From an uncultured Candidatus Saccharibacteria bacterium (lineage in GTDB: Bacteria; Patescibacteriota; Minisyncoccia; Phycocordibacterales; JACOZG01): a stretch of 48,311 nucleotides of DNA. The position numbers were made by a program, and so were the translations under genes. The notes beneath the pieces were generated by a model, which saw nothing but the letters and a program-made list of their open reading frames with translations, had not been told where the DNA came from and did not search any database. The stretch is taken from assembly GCA_965230925.1 (NCBI GenBank), contig OZ246403.1, positions 596,230-644,540 on the forward strand. Reading direction: 5' to 3'. Shown here piece after piece: positions 16,778 through 26,285 of this stretch; the stretch's first letter is position 1, and every line of letters begins with the position of its first letter.

Positions 16778-17848
16778 ATGAACGAGGATCGGGAGGGGGC
16801 AAAGGAGGGAGAGGTTTTTACGGGGGCAGTGTTCCTCATTGAGGTGGGGAAGATTAAGCCGAACCCGTATCAGCCGCGGCGCGAGTTCGATGAGGACCGC
16901 CTGCGTGACTTGGCTGACTCGATTCGTCGCTATGGCATCTTGCAGCCCTTGGTGGTGACGCGCAAAGAAGTGGATCTCGGTGGCAATGGCATGGCGGTAG
17001 AGTACGAGCTCATTGCCGGTGAGCGCCGGTGGCGCGCCTCGCAACTCGCGGGGCTCACGGCCGTGCCCGCGATTATCAAGAGTGAGCAGAGTGATAAAGA
17101 GAAGCTCGAGCTCGCGATTATTGAGAACCTCCAGCGTGAGGACCTCAACGCGATTGATCGCGCCACGGCCTTCCGGCGCCTGGTGGAAGAATTTGGTCTC
17201 AAGCATGTGGACGTGGCCAAGCGCGTGGGCCGGAGCCGCGAATATGTGTCGAATACCATTCGCCTGCTCCTCATGCCCGCGGAGATGGTGTCGGCGCTCG
17301 GCTCGGGCGAGATTAATGAGGGTCATGCCAAGCCGATCTTGATGCTCTCGGATCGGCCGGAAGAACAGAAGACGCTCTTCAATGACATTATTACCCGTCG
17401 ACTCACCGTGCGCGATGCCGAGGCGATTGCGCGGCGGATTGCCTTCGATCGCGTGCGGAATAAAGAGAAATATCTCTCCGACCCGAGCATTGTGCAGCTC
17501 GAGGAAAAGCTCACGGAGACCTTGGGCGCGCGGGTGCATATTAATCGCCGCAATGTGGGCGGGCGCGTGGTGCTCGACTTTGCGTCAAATGACGAACTCC
17601 AAGCGGCGCTGGCCAAACTCGCGGCTTCAGTAGGCGAGGAGACGCCGGATGTTGAACAGCTTTCTTATGATGAGAGTGAGAAGAAAAAAATGAATAGCAC
17701 CGGCGAAATAATTCCTGAAACCGCGGGCGACTTAACTCCAGCTGAAGAAGAAATCATAAACACCGTCACCGACGCCGCCGCTGAACAAGTGGCCGCCACC
17801 AACGACCCCGACGGCGATATGTATTTTATAAAAAACTTTTCGGTCTAA
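16778..17848 (+). CDS. parB: ParB/Spo0J chromosome partitioning protein
   Basis: IKPNPYQPRREFDEDRLRDLADSIRRYGILQPLVV and the GERRWRAS box, followed by the HTH region. The C-terminus has an extra acidic tail. Start set at ATG 16778 because the track's longer ORF is antisense to tRNA-Leu. Confidence 0.9.
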   Translation: MNEDREGAKEGEVFTGAVFLIEVGKIKPNPYQPRREFDEDRLRDLADSIRRYGILQPLVVTRKEVDLGGNGMAVEYELIAGERRWRASQLAGLTAVPAIIKSEQSDKEKLELAIIENLQREDLNAIDRATAFRRLVEEFGLKHVDVAKRVGRSREYVSNTIRLLLMPAEMVSALGSGEINEGHAKPILMLSDRPEEQKTLFNDIITRRLTVRDAEAIARRIAFDRVRNKEKYLSDPSIVQLEEKLTETLGARVHINRRNVGGRVVLDFASNDELQAALAKLAASVGEETPDVEQLSYDESEKKKMNSTGEIIPETAGDLTPAEEEIINTVTDAAAEQVAATNDPDGDMYFIKNFSV

Positions 17849-20037
17849 CTTTTCTTTTCCAGTTTATGCGGATTGTGGTTGGGACACCCCTTATTGCTAC
17901 ATCTTTCTGGAATGGTCTTGGTTCCCTCCATCATTAAAGAGTTGCACATGGGGCAGAGGGTGCCGGTGGGTTTGGCTTTGATGGCGTTTTTGCAAGCGGG
18001 GTAATTGGAGCAGGAGTAGAAGATGCCGAAGCGGCCCCGCTTTTCTCGCATCGTACCTTTTTTACAGAGAGGACATTGCACACCGGTGTCGCGCGCGGCT
18101 TCGGCAGCAGGATCTTGTTTTACAAATTTACATTTCGGATAATTGGCGCAGGCGATAAACTTGCCGAAGCGTCCCTCGCGCTCTATGAGGTCACCCTCGC
18201 AGTCGGGGCATTTCTCGCCGGTCGGCTTGGGCCCCTCGAGCTCTTTGCCATCTTCGGTGCGCGCGCCTTTGCATTTGGGGAACTTGGCGCAACTTAAGAA
18301 TTTGCCATTCTTCGCGAGCTTAATCACCATCGGGCCGTCGCAGACGGGGCACTTAATACTCGGATCGGCCTCGCCAAGATTATTAATTTTTTCAATCTTC
18401 GCTTTGCTCGCCACGGCCTTGGTGAAGGGGCCATAAAATTCTTTCAGCGTGCCTTCGTAATCGCGTTCGCCGCGGGCAATCTCGTCGAGCTCATCTTCCA
18501 TCTTGGCGGTGAAGGTGTCGCTAATATAATCGGCGAAGTTGGTCTCGAGGAAGCCGCTCACCACCATGCCGAGGTCAGTTGGTTGCAAAGATCTGTCGAT
18601 CTTGGCTACATACCCGCGATCGATAATCGTTTTCATAATCGCCGCATAGGTCGAGGGCCGGCCAATGCCGCGCTTCTCGAGTTCTTTCACCAGGCCCGCT
18701 TCGGAATAGCGATTCGGCGGCTGTGTTTCTTTCGCTAAGTCGCGAAGATCGGCGAGCGTGAGGGGTTCGCCGGCCTGTACCTTTGGCAATTCTACTTCTT
18801 CATTCCGCGCCGCGGGGTCAGCCTTGAGCCAACCGTCGAAGGTGATGCGCTGGCCATTGGCGGCAAAAACTTCAAGAGATTTACTTGCCCCGAGCTCGGT
18901 CGAGGGGTCAACTTGCGCCGTGACTTTAGTTTTCAAAATTTCTGCCTCCACCATCTGACTCGCCACCGCGCGCTTCCAGATTAATTCATAGAGCTTAGCT
19001 TCTGGTCCCGCGCCCACGCTCGTTTTGCTCGCGCTCGTGGGTCTAATTGCCTCGTGCGCTTCTTGGGCGTTCTTGGAGCGTGTGGCGTATTGTCGCGGTC
19101 CGTGATAGTAATTATTGCCAAATTTAGTTTCCACCACGCGACCAATATCACCGAGCGCTTGGCCGCTTAAGTTCGTGCTATCGGTGCGCATATAGGTAAT
19201 ATGCCCGGCTTCGTAGAGTCGCTGGGCGAGGCGCATGGTCACGCTCGGCGAGTAACCGAGGCGCGATGAGGCCGCTTGTTGTAAGGTCGAGGTGGTGAAG
19301 GGCGCGCGCGGAGCCCGCTTGGCTTTATCTTCTGTCACGTCGCCCACCTGCCACTTCGCACTTTTTGCCGCCGACACCACGCGTTTCGTTTCCTCTTCCG
19401 TCTTCGGCTCAATCGCATACGTCATCTTAATAATGTCACCCGCTTTCGTCTTAAAGTCGCCTTCGATCACCCAGAATTTCTCGGGGATAAAAGCTAAGAT
19501 TTCGCGCTCGCGCTCGGCTAAGATGCGCAGGGCGGGTGACTGGACGCGGCCGGCCGAGAGGCCATAGCGTAACTTCTTCCAAATTAATCCCGACAAATCG
19601 TAGCCGAAGAGGCGGTCGAGCACGCGCCGTGCTTCTTGGGCATGACGCAATTTATTATCGATATTGCGCGGATGATCAATCGCTTCTTTAATCGCGCTCT
19701 CGGTGATCTCGTGGAAGACCACGCGCTTAGGTGAGTCGAGCTTGCAGGCTTCTTTAAGATGCCAAGCAATCGCTTCACCTTCGCGGTCGGGGTCGGTGGC
19801 AAGCAGCACTTCGCTTGCCTTCTTGGCGAGCCGAGAAATCTCGGCCACCACTTTTTCTTTCCCCGGAGAAATTTCGTAATGCGGTTTGAAGCCGTGCTCG
19901 AGATCAATGGCGTGCTTGTTGGACTTCGGCAAGTCGCGCACGTGACCAATGCTCGCGACCACGTGGAAATCGCGACCAAGATATTTCCCGATCGTCTTCG
20001 CCTTTGCCGGTGATTCCACCACAACTAATTTCGACAT
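17845..20037 (-). CDS. topA: DNA topoisomerase I
   Basis: TOPRIM start LVVVESPAKAKTIGKYLG, active-site tyrosine region GHITYMRTDS, and four C-terminal CxxC...CxxC zinc ribbons. Confidence 0.95.
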   Translation of the reverse strand: MSKLVVVESPAKAKTIGKYLGRDFHVVASIGHVRDLPKSNKHAIDLEHGFKPHYEISPGKEKVVAEISRLAKKASEVLLATDPDREGEAIAWHLKEACKLDSPKRVVFHEITESAIKEAIDHPRNIDNKLRHAQEARRVLDRLFGYDLSGLIWKKLRYGLSAGRVQSPALRILAEREREILAFIPEKFWVIEGDFKTKAGDIIKMTYAIEPKTEEETKRVVSAAKSAKWQVGDVTEDKAKRAPRAPFTTSTLQQAASSRLGYSPSVTMRLAQRLYEAGHITYMRTDSTNLSGQALGDIGRVVETKFGNNYYHGPRQYATRSKNAQEAHEAIRPTSASKTSVGAGPEAKLYELIWKRAVASQMVEAEILKTKVTAQVDPSTELGASKSLEVFAANGQRITFDGWLKADPAARNEEVELPKVQAGEPLTLADLRDLAKETQPPNRYSEAGLVKELEKRGIGRPSTYAAIMKTIIDRGYVAKIDRSLQPTDLGMVVSGFLETNFADYISDTFTAKMEDELDEIARGERDYEGTLKEFYGPFTKAVASKAKIEKINNLGEADPSIKCPVCDGPMVIKLAKNGKFLSCAKFPKCKGARTEDGKELEGPKPTGEKCPDCEGDLIEREGRFGKFIACANYPKCKFVKQDPAAEAARDTGVQCPLCKKGTMREKRGRFGIFYSCSNYPACKNAIKAKPTGTLCPMCNSLMMEGTKTIPERCSNKGCPNHNPHKLEKKS

Positions 20038-20168
20038 CGTTCTACATTAGTACTACACAAAAAATTTTAAAGCAAATTAAGTAGTGGGAATTTTAAATAA
20101 AAAAAAGACACCGCACCCGTTGGTTGGGTTGGTGTCGCTGACTTGTGAACTGATCGCGATGACCAGTT

Positions 20169-20324
20169 TTATTCTGTTCGACGCCTGGAAGCTTCGCGAA
20201 TTTTTTCAAGCAGGACAAGCGCTCGTTTTGCTACTCCTGCTGCCGTGGCTTGCCGATTGCCTCGCTTGCGCCTAATTCGTGCTAGTCGTTTTTCTGTTTC
20301 CGGACTGAAATTGAATGTTCCCAT
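20169..20324 (-). CDS. possible small basic protein (51 aa, ribbon-helix-helix-like pattern)
   Basis: Below the track's size cut-off and translated by hand: MGTFNFSPETEKRLARIRRKRGNRQATAAGVAKRALVLLEKIREASRRRTE. Same strand as the flanking dprA and topA. GGGGA lies 7 nt upstream. A hairpin plus T8 terminator follows at about 20094-20135. Confidence 0.3.
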   Translation of the reverse strand: MGTFNFSPETEKRLARIRRKRGNRQATAAGVAKRALVLLEKIREASRRRTE

Positions 20325-20397
20325 CGCGTATCCCCATGAAGAACAAATGATTACCCAACCGACTCCTTCCTAATACTAATTCTAACTAGTTCTTGGG

Positions 20398-21261
20398 TCA
20401 AACCAACCGCACTTCACCTAGAACTTCACGAATCAAACCTTTGATTTCCATTACGGCGAGGAGGGTGTTGGCGTCGCTGGTGGGAAGGCCGGTGGCGCGG
20501 ATGAGATCGTCGCGGACGAGGGGCTCGACAGCGAGCAGGTCGACAATAATTTTTTCTTGCTCGGTGAGATCGGTACGTTCTTGCGCCAGCTTTTCGGAAT
20601 TAAGTTTGAAGCCGAGCGCGAGGAGGAGATCATCGCCGGAGGTAATGGGCGTTGCGCCATCGCGGATGAGTTGGTTGGTGCCCGCGGCGCCGGGGTGGAA
20701 GATGGAACCGGGCACGGCGAGCACATCGCGATTGTAATCGGTGGCGAGGCGAGCGGTGATCAGTGTGCCAGAATTTTTCCCCGCTTCAATAATTAAGACG
20801 GCTTTGCTCATCCCAGCCATGAGGCGATTGCGCTTGGGGAAGGTGTGGATACCGGCCGGCTGCAGAGGCTCGAGTTCGGAGAGGAGCGCGCCGCCGGAAG
20901 CCACAATTTCATCCGCGAGTTTGATATTAGAACTCGGATGCAAGACTTCGCGATCGAGGCCGGAGCCGGGGACGGCGATGGTGGGCAAATCATTTTTGAT
21001 CGCCGCCTTATGCGCGATCGTATCAATGCCAATCGCCAGGCCAGAAACAATGACCACTGGTTGGCCCGCTAGCGCGGCGATTAAAGTTTGCACCACTTCT
21101 ATGCCATACGTCGACGCACGACGAGACCCAACGACAGTGAGGAAATTTTTTTCTTCAGTTGCTAAATTAAAATTACCTTCTGCATACAGCGCCTTCGGCG
21201 GATCATTAATTTCGGTCAAAAGTGGGGGCCACTCTTCTCGAGCGAGTTTTCTGATCTCCAT
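20398..21261 (-). CDS. dprA: DNA processing protein DprA (Smf)
   Basis: VVGSRRASTYG, IVSGLAIGIDTIAHKAA and AVPGSGLD motifs of the DprA Rossmann fold, plus a C-terminal winged-helix-like tail. The dprA-topA synteny is classical. Confidence 0.9.
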   Translation of the reverse strand: MEIRKLAREEWPPLLTEINDPPKALYAEGNFNLATEEKNFLTVVGSRRASTYGIEVVQTLIAALAGQPVVIVSGLAIGIDTIAHKAAIKNDLPTIAVPGSGLDREVLHPSSNIKLADEIVASGGALLSELEPLQPAGIHTFPKRNRLMAGMSKAVLIIEAGKNSGTLITARLATDYNRDVLAVPGSIFHPGAAGTNQLIRDGATPITSGDDLLLALGFKLNSEKLAQERTDLTEQEKIIVDLLAVEPLVRDDLIRATGLPTSDANTLLAVMEIKGLIREVLGEVRLV

Positions 21262-21298
21262 GTGCGAATTATAACGAATTTTGCTATCCTATTCGATC

Positions 21299-22558
21299 AT
21301 GCTCGATATTAAGTTCATCCGAGAGAATGCGGATTTGGTGAAGGCGGCGGCGAAGAAGAAGCGGCTCGATTTCGACCTGGATAAATTGCTGGCGCTGGAT
21401 GAGCGGCGGCTTAAGGTGATGGCGGAAGTGGAAGAAGGTCGGCGGAAGCAAAACGCGGCCAATGACGGCGTGGCGAGCGCCAAGGATCCCGCGGCGCGCC
21501 AGACTTTAATTACTCAACTCAAGGTGGTGAAGGCCGGGCTTGAGGCGAATGAAGCGAGTCTGAAAAGTTTATTGCCCGAGTGGCAAGGCTTGATGCTCCA
21601 GGTGCCGAATCTCCCAGACATTAGTGTGCCGGAAGGCGAGAGTGATGCGCAGAATGTGGAACTGAAGACGTGGGGGGCAAAGCCGGAATTCGGCTTTGCC
21701 GTAAAAGATCACGTTGAACTAATGAAGAATCTAGACTGGGCGGATTTTGAACGGGGCACTAAGGTTAGTGGTTTCCGCGGTTATATTTTAAAGAATGGCG
21801 GGGCGGAATTATCGTTTGCCATTTGGCAATTGGCCCTTGGCCAACTCATTAAGTCTGGTTTTACCCCAATGATTGTGCCGAGCTTGATTAAGCGCGAATC
21901 GCTTTTTGGCACTGGCTACTTACCGCAAGGCGCGGAGGATCTCTATAAAACGCAGGATGAAGAATTTCTCGCCGGCACGGCCGAAGCCGCGACCATGGGC
22001 CACTTGATGGATGAGGTGGTGGAGCGCGAGAAGTTGCCACTTAAGATCGTGGCCTTCTCACCCTGCTTCCGACGCGAAGCGGGAAGTCACGGTAAGGACA
22101 CCAAGGGATTGTTTCGTGTTCATGAATTCTTCAAAGTCGAGCAAGTGGTGTTGTGTGAAGCGAGCCACCAGGCGAGCGTGGATTGGCACGAGAATTTGCT
22201 CGCCGAGGCGGAGAAGATTATGCAAGCGCTCGGACTTCACTACCGCGTGGTTACCAATTGCGCGGGCGATCTCGGTCTCGGCCAGGTGAAAAAGTATGAT
22301 ATCGAAGTCTGGATGCCGAGCGAAGGAAAATTCCGCGAGACGCACTCGATTTCTTACTTCCACGATTTCCAAACCCGCCGCTTAAATATCCGTTATCGCG
22401 ATGAGGCTAACAAAATGAACTTTGCGCATTCTTTAAATGGCACTGCCGCCGCCACGCCGCGCTTGGTGCAAGCCATTGTAGAGAATTATCAACAGGCTGA
22501 TGGACAGATTAATTTACCGCCCGCTTTGATCCCTTTCCTCTCGAATGCCCGGACCTAG
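21299..22558 (+). CDS. serS: seryl-tRNA synthetase
   Basis: MLDIKFIREN start, N-terminal coiled-coil arm, motif 2 FRREAGSHGKDTKGLFRVHEFFKVE, motif 3 GTAAATPRLVQAIVENYQ. Confidence 0.95.
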   Translation: MLDIKFIRENADLVKAAAKKKRLDFDLDKLLALDERRLKVMAEVEEGRRKQNAANDGVASAKDPAARQTLITQLKVVKAGLEANEASLKSLLPEWQGLMLQVPNLPDISVPEGESDAQNVELKTWGAKPEFGFAVKDHVELMKNLDWADFERGTKVSGFRGYILKNGGAELSFAIWQLALGQLIKSGFTPMIVPSLIKRESLFGTGYLPQGAEDLYKTQDEEFLAGTAEAATMGHLMDEVVEREKLPLKIVAFSPCFRREAGSHGKDTKGLFRVHEFFKVEQVVLCEASHQASVDWHENLLAEAEKIMQALGLHYRVVTNCAGDLGLGQVKKYDIEVWMPSEGKFRETHSISYFHDFQTRRLNIRYRDEANKMNFAHSLNGTAAATPRLVQAIVENYQQADGQINLPPALIPFLSNART

Positions 22559-23408
22559 ACGGGAAGAAGTAGTGCGAGAAGCCCGGGCCCGCCGACGGCG
22601 GGCCCGGTGGTTGCGGCTTCTCTTTGTTCTATTACTTTTGCCGATCCTCGGACTCGGTATTGTTACCCTGCTCAATCAAGAAAAATTTCTGATTCATGAT
22701 TGGCAGATTGTTGGTCTGCGGACGCTCTCAGCCGAGACTATGAGTCAATCGGTCAACACGGTGCTCACCGGTAAATATTTTGGTCTCTTGAGTAAACGGA
22801 GTTTTCTTTTTTATCCCGAGCAGAAAATTATTGAGACCCTTCAAGCTCAGTTTGAGAAAGTGTTGCGAGTTTCCCTAGTGCGTGAGGGGTTGTCACGCCT
22901 CGTTGTTCTTGTCCAAGAGCGGGAACCGATCGCACTTTGGTGTGGCGCAGGGGATCTGCCCGAATGTTATCTCCTCGACGACACTGGCCTTGCTTACTCG
23001 CGAGCGCCAATTTTTTCTGATTATGTTTTACCAGAATTCCGTAGCAACAAGACGGTAGTGGGATTGGGAGTACGACCACTCTCGACTCCTGTTTTCACTC
23101 ATTTGCTTTACTTGGGTCGGGCGCTTGAAGGGATTATTCCTCTCGAGCTTAATTTCCACGCTGATTGGATCCGAGCGGAAGAAATGGGTAATGGTGATTG
23201 GCGTTTTGTTGTGCGGGAACGATTTTATCCACTGCGTTATGAGTGGCCAATGTTGGTTCACGAGACGGCGGCGGTGGGAGCGCTCGCTCGCAACTTTACT
23301 GCGGCGCTCGAGAATCGAGCGGTGTTTGAGGAGCTGAAGAATCGCCGGGCTGAGCTTGAGTATCTAGACTTCCGATTCGCAGATAAAATTTTCTACAAAT
23401 TCCGCTGA
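22545..23408 (+). CDS. ftsQ: FtsQ/DivIB-like cell-division protein (POTRA domain)
   Basis: Basic N-terminus and a single TM (LLFVLLLLPILGLGIVTLL). The POTRA-like stretch I.DWQIVGLRTLSAE...VSLVREGLSRLVVLVQEREPIALWC...YLLDDTGLAY follows. Confidence 0.55.
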   Translation: MPGPRREEVVREARARRRRARWLRLLFVLLLLPILGLGIVTLLNQEKFLIHDWQIVGLRTLSAETMSQSVNTVLTGKYFGLLSKRSFLFYPEQKIIETLQAQFEKVLRVSLVREGLSRLVVLVQEREPIALWCGAGDLPECYLLDDTGLAYSRAPIFSDYVLPEFRSNKTVVGLGVRPLSTPVFTHLLYLGRALEGIIPLELNFHADWIRAEEMGNGDWRFVVRERFYPLRYEWPMLVHETAAVGALARNFTAALENRAVFEELKNRRAELEYLDFRFADKIFYKFR

Positions 23409-23425
23409 TTGGTATACTATAGTAC

Positions 23426-23815
23426 ATGATTGTTTTCCGCATCGTGCGGGATTACTTCGGTTGGCATTATTATTTAGCGCTCGGCGAGCTTGCTGGGATT
23501 GTTCGTAATCTCTGGCGTTTTCTCTACCACTTTTTTTCTGTGCCGGTTATTGCCACCACCTTGTTTGCGCCGTGGCACCGCCTGCATGAGGGTTATCGCT
23601 CGCTTTTGTATCCCGGGGATTTTTTCTCTAGCCTCATTGTCAACGGCTTGATGCGTCTTCTCGGTTTTCTAGTGCGGACCGTCTTTCTTGTTTTCTCAAG
23701 CCTGGTTCTTCTCCTGGCCACTGTTTTGGTCCCGATCGTTTTTGTAGTTTGGTTGCTTTTACCTTTTGTCTTTGTTTTGTCATTATTCCTCGGTTTGTAT
23801 CTTCTTTTTTATTAA
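23426..23815 (+). CDS. small polytopic membrane protein (hypothetical), coupled to the downstream AAA+ gene
   Basis: 129 aa and very hydrophobic. Its stop lies 1 nt before the ATG of the next gene. Confidence 0.55.
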   Translation: MIVFRIVRDYFGWHYYLALGELAGIVRNLWRFLYHFFSVPVIATTLFAPWHRLHEGYRSLLYPGDFFSSLIVNGLMRLLGFLVRTVFLVFSSLVLLLATVLVPIVFVVWLLLPFVFVLSLFLGLYLLFY

Positions 23816-23816
23816 T

Positions 23817-26285
23817 ATGCGCCACCCCTTTCGTTTTCTCATTAAAGATAGTCCCCTCTACTCGGCGCTTTTGGTTGAGCGCTTTTTACCTGGTCGAGTG
23901 CGACATTTTCTCATCGCCGCTACGCGGGCACTAACGATTCTTTTCCTCACGCTCATTAGCCTTACGCCGTGGGTTGAGTTGTTCCACTATTTTGGCTATG
24001 GGCTTGATTGGTGGTCAGCGGTGCTTACGAAGCTGTTTGGTTTTTTGTTTTTCACCTTAGCGTTGTGGATTTTCTTTTCCGCGGGAGAAATGTTTTATCG
24101 TTCGCACTTCCGACGTTCGCTCGCGCGACCAGAATATCTCGTAACGCTTGATGTGGGCCGGGTGCTTTACTCGGCCCAGAGCGAGGATCTTCTCGCCGCT
24201 TTTCTTCAAGCACCCACGGGTCAAGCCATTACGGCGCGCGCGGGTATTGTTCCTGGCGAGCTTGCAACCTTCTTTCACTCGCGAGAGGTGAAGACACTTA
24301 CCGCGAGCCTGAGTTTCAAACCGGGTGAACTCCTCAATCTCTCCGGTCTCGCGACGCTTCTCTGGCAGAGCAATAAAGATTGGCAAGACTTTCTCACGGC
24401 TCGAGTTATTCCTGAAGAGGCTTGGCGGGGAACGGTAGCTTGGGTTGAGAAAGCGAGCGCTCGCCATTTTGCCGCGAGCCGTTGGTGGTCACGAGAGAAT
24501 CTCGACCGTATTCCTGGTCTTGCCAAAGATTGGGCCTACGGTGAGACGCCGCATCTCAATCGTTATAGTTCTGAGTGGTCACGCATTCCTGGGGCGTCTG
24601 TGTTTCATGAGGCTGAGCGCGCGCAACTGGAGACAATTCTCGCGCGCGAGGTGGGGAGAGACGCCTTGCTTATTGGTGGGACCAAGGACGACAAGCTGGC
24701 GGTGCTTGGCGCGCTTGCAATGGCTATTCGCACGGGCAAGGTGGCGCCGGAACTTGAGCACAAGCGACTCATTTATTTCCAAACCGAAGTGTTTATTTCC
24801 AATTTCCGCGAGCGCGCCGCTTTCGAGCAAGAGCTAACGCGTGTGCTCACTGAGGCTAAACAGGCGGGGAACATTATTCTGGTTCTCGACGATCTTGCCG
24901 GTCTCTTGGCGGCGGGCGAGGACTTTGGCGCGCAGTTAGAGAACTTGCTTGAGCCTTATCTCCGCGCTCGCGACGTACAACTTGTCGCTCTTCTCTCGAC
25001 GGCAGAATTTAATCGTCGTCTCTCGGGGAATCCCGATTTTCTCAACCGTTTCGAGCGCGTCTCTATTACCGAGCCGAATGCGGCGGAGATTTTATCTTTA
25101 CTTGAAGTGAAGGTTGAAGGCATTGAGGCGAAGCTCGGTTTAACCTTTACCTACCCGGCTCTCACCGAGCTCATCACTGCTGCCGAACGATACTTCACGG
25201 ACGAAACTTTGGGCGAGAAGGCCGAGGATCTTATTGATGAAATTATTTCTTGGTCCCAGCACGAGAAAATAAAGGTTTTAACTCATGCGGCGGCGACCGA
25301 TTTCTTGCGGACCAAAACCGGTTTGCCTTTAGGTGAATTGAACACTGATGAGCGAGCCCGATTGATGGGTCTCGGTGATTTGTTGCAGGCGCGGGTGGTG
25401 GGTCAGCAAGCGGCGATTGAGGCTTTGGTCAATGTGCTCAAGCGTTCGCGTCTCGGTGTACGGAATCCTAAACGCCCGGTAGCCTCACTTCTTTTTCTTG
25501 GTCCAACCGGGGTGGGGAAAACTGAGACGGCCAAGGCGCTTGCTCAGGTGTTCTTTGGCGGTGAAGACAAACTCATTCGTCTCGATATGACGGAATATGA
25601 GGCGGCTGAGGCGGTGGAGCGACTCCTTGGTTCCTTCGCGCTTGGTAAGCCAGGCATGCTCGCTACCCTTGTGCGGCAGCAGCCCTATGGGGTGATACTT
25701 CTCGATGAATTTGAGAAAACTCGGCCGGAGATTCTTGATCTTTTCCTTCAGATTCTTGACGAAGGTTTCTTTACCGATGCTCTCGGCAAGCGTGTCAACA
25801 CTCGGAATCTTATTTTTATTGCCACTTCTAATGCCGGTTCGGATTTTATTTGGCAACTTCTGAAGGATAATAAGCCAGCGGCCGATTGGCAAAAGAGTCT
25901 GATTGATGAGTTGGTGAAGCGCGGCACCTTCAAGCCGGAGTTGCTCAATCGCTTCGATAGCACTATTATCTTCGAACCACTTAACCCCACCACGCTCACG
26001 GGGGTGGCCAAGATTATCCTTACCCGGTTGGCCGAGCGGCTGAAGGCTCAAGGGATAACGCTTTCGATCACGGAGCCGCTGCTCAATCAGGTGGTGAGCT
26101 CGGGGGCGAATCAAATGTTTGGTGCGCGGCCGATGGTGCGCTTTGTTCAAGATCATGTGGAGCAGGTGGTGGCGGATAAGTTAGTGGCGGGCGAGTTGAA
26201 ACCGGGTAATACTATTGCTTTCCGCGCTGCGCAAACAGGTGAACGCACTGCGCCTGACTTTGCGCTAGTGGCTGAAATTTCATGA
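23817..26285 (+). CDS. membrane-anchored Clp/Hsp100-family AAA+ ATPase with degenerate NBD1
   Basis: N-terminal TM helices and a Clp_N-like segment. NBD1 is degenerate: LLIGGTKDDKLAV replaces GEAGTGKT, and ILVLDDLA replaces [11 protein letters not shown]2 is intact ([33 protein letters not shown] sensor region). Start set at ATG 23817. Confidence 0.8.
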   Translation: MRHPFRFLIKDSPLYSALLVERFLPGRVRHFLIAATRALTILFLTLISLTPWVELFHYFGYGLDWWSAVLTKLFGFLFFTLALWIFFSAGEMFYRSHFRRSLARPEYLVTLDVGRVLYSAQSEDLLAAFLQAPTGQAITARAGIVPGELATFFHSREVKTLTASLSFKPGELLNLSGLATLLWQSNKDWQDFLTARVIPEEAWRGTVAWVEKASARHFAASRWWSRENLDRIPGLAKDWAYGETPHLNRYSSEWSRIPGASVFHEAERAQLETILAREVGRDALLIGGTKDDKLAVLGALAMAIRTGKVAPELEHKRLIYFQTEVFISNFRERAAFEQELTRVLTEAKQAGNIILVLDDLAGLLAAGEDFGAQLENLLEPYLRARDVQLVALLSTAEFNRRLSGNPDFLNRFERVSITEPNAAEILSLLEVKVEGIEAKLGLTFTYPALTELITAAERYFTDETLGEKAEDLIDEIISWSQHEKIKVLTHAAATDFLRTKTGLPLGELNTDERARLMGLGDLLQARVVGQQAAIEALVNVLKRSRLGVRNPKRPVASLLFLGPTGVGKTETAKALAQVFFGGEDKLIRLDMTEYEAAEAVERLLGSFALGKPGMLATLVRQQPYGVILLDEFEKTRPEILDLFLQILDEGFFTDALGKRVNTRNLIFIATSNAGSDFIWQLLKDNKPAADWQKSLIDELVKRGTFKPELLNRFDSTIIFEPLNPTTLTGVAKIILTRLAERLKAQGITLSITEPLLNQVVSSGANQMFGARPMVRFVQDHVEQVVADKLVAGELKPGNTIAFRAAQTGERTAPDFALVAEIS

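Noticed and set aside
20084-20275. 63-aa + strand ORF in the dprA-topA spacer.
   Set aside because: It lies opposite to both flanking genes, has no RBS and gives a hydrophobic, low-complexity product. The minus-strand 51-codon ORF, which has an RBS-like element and a terminator, explains the region better, though it is itself low confidence.
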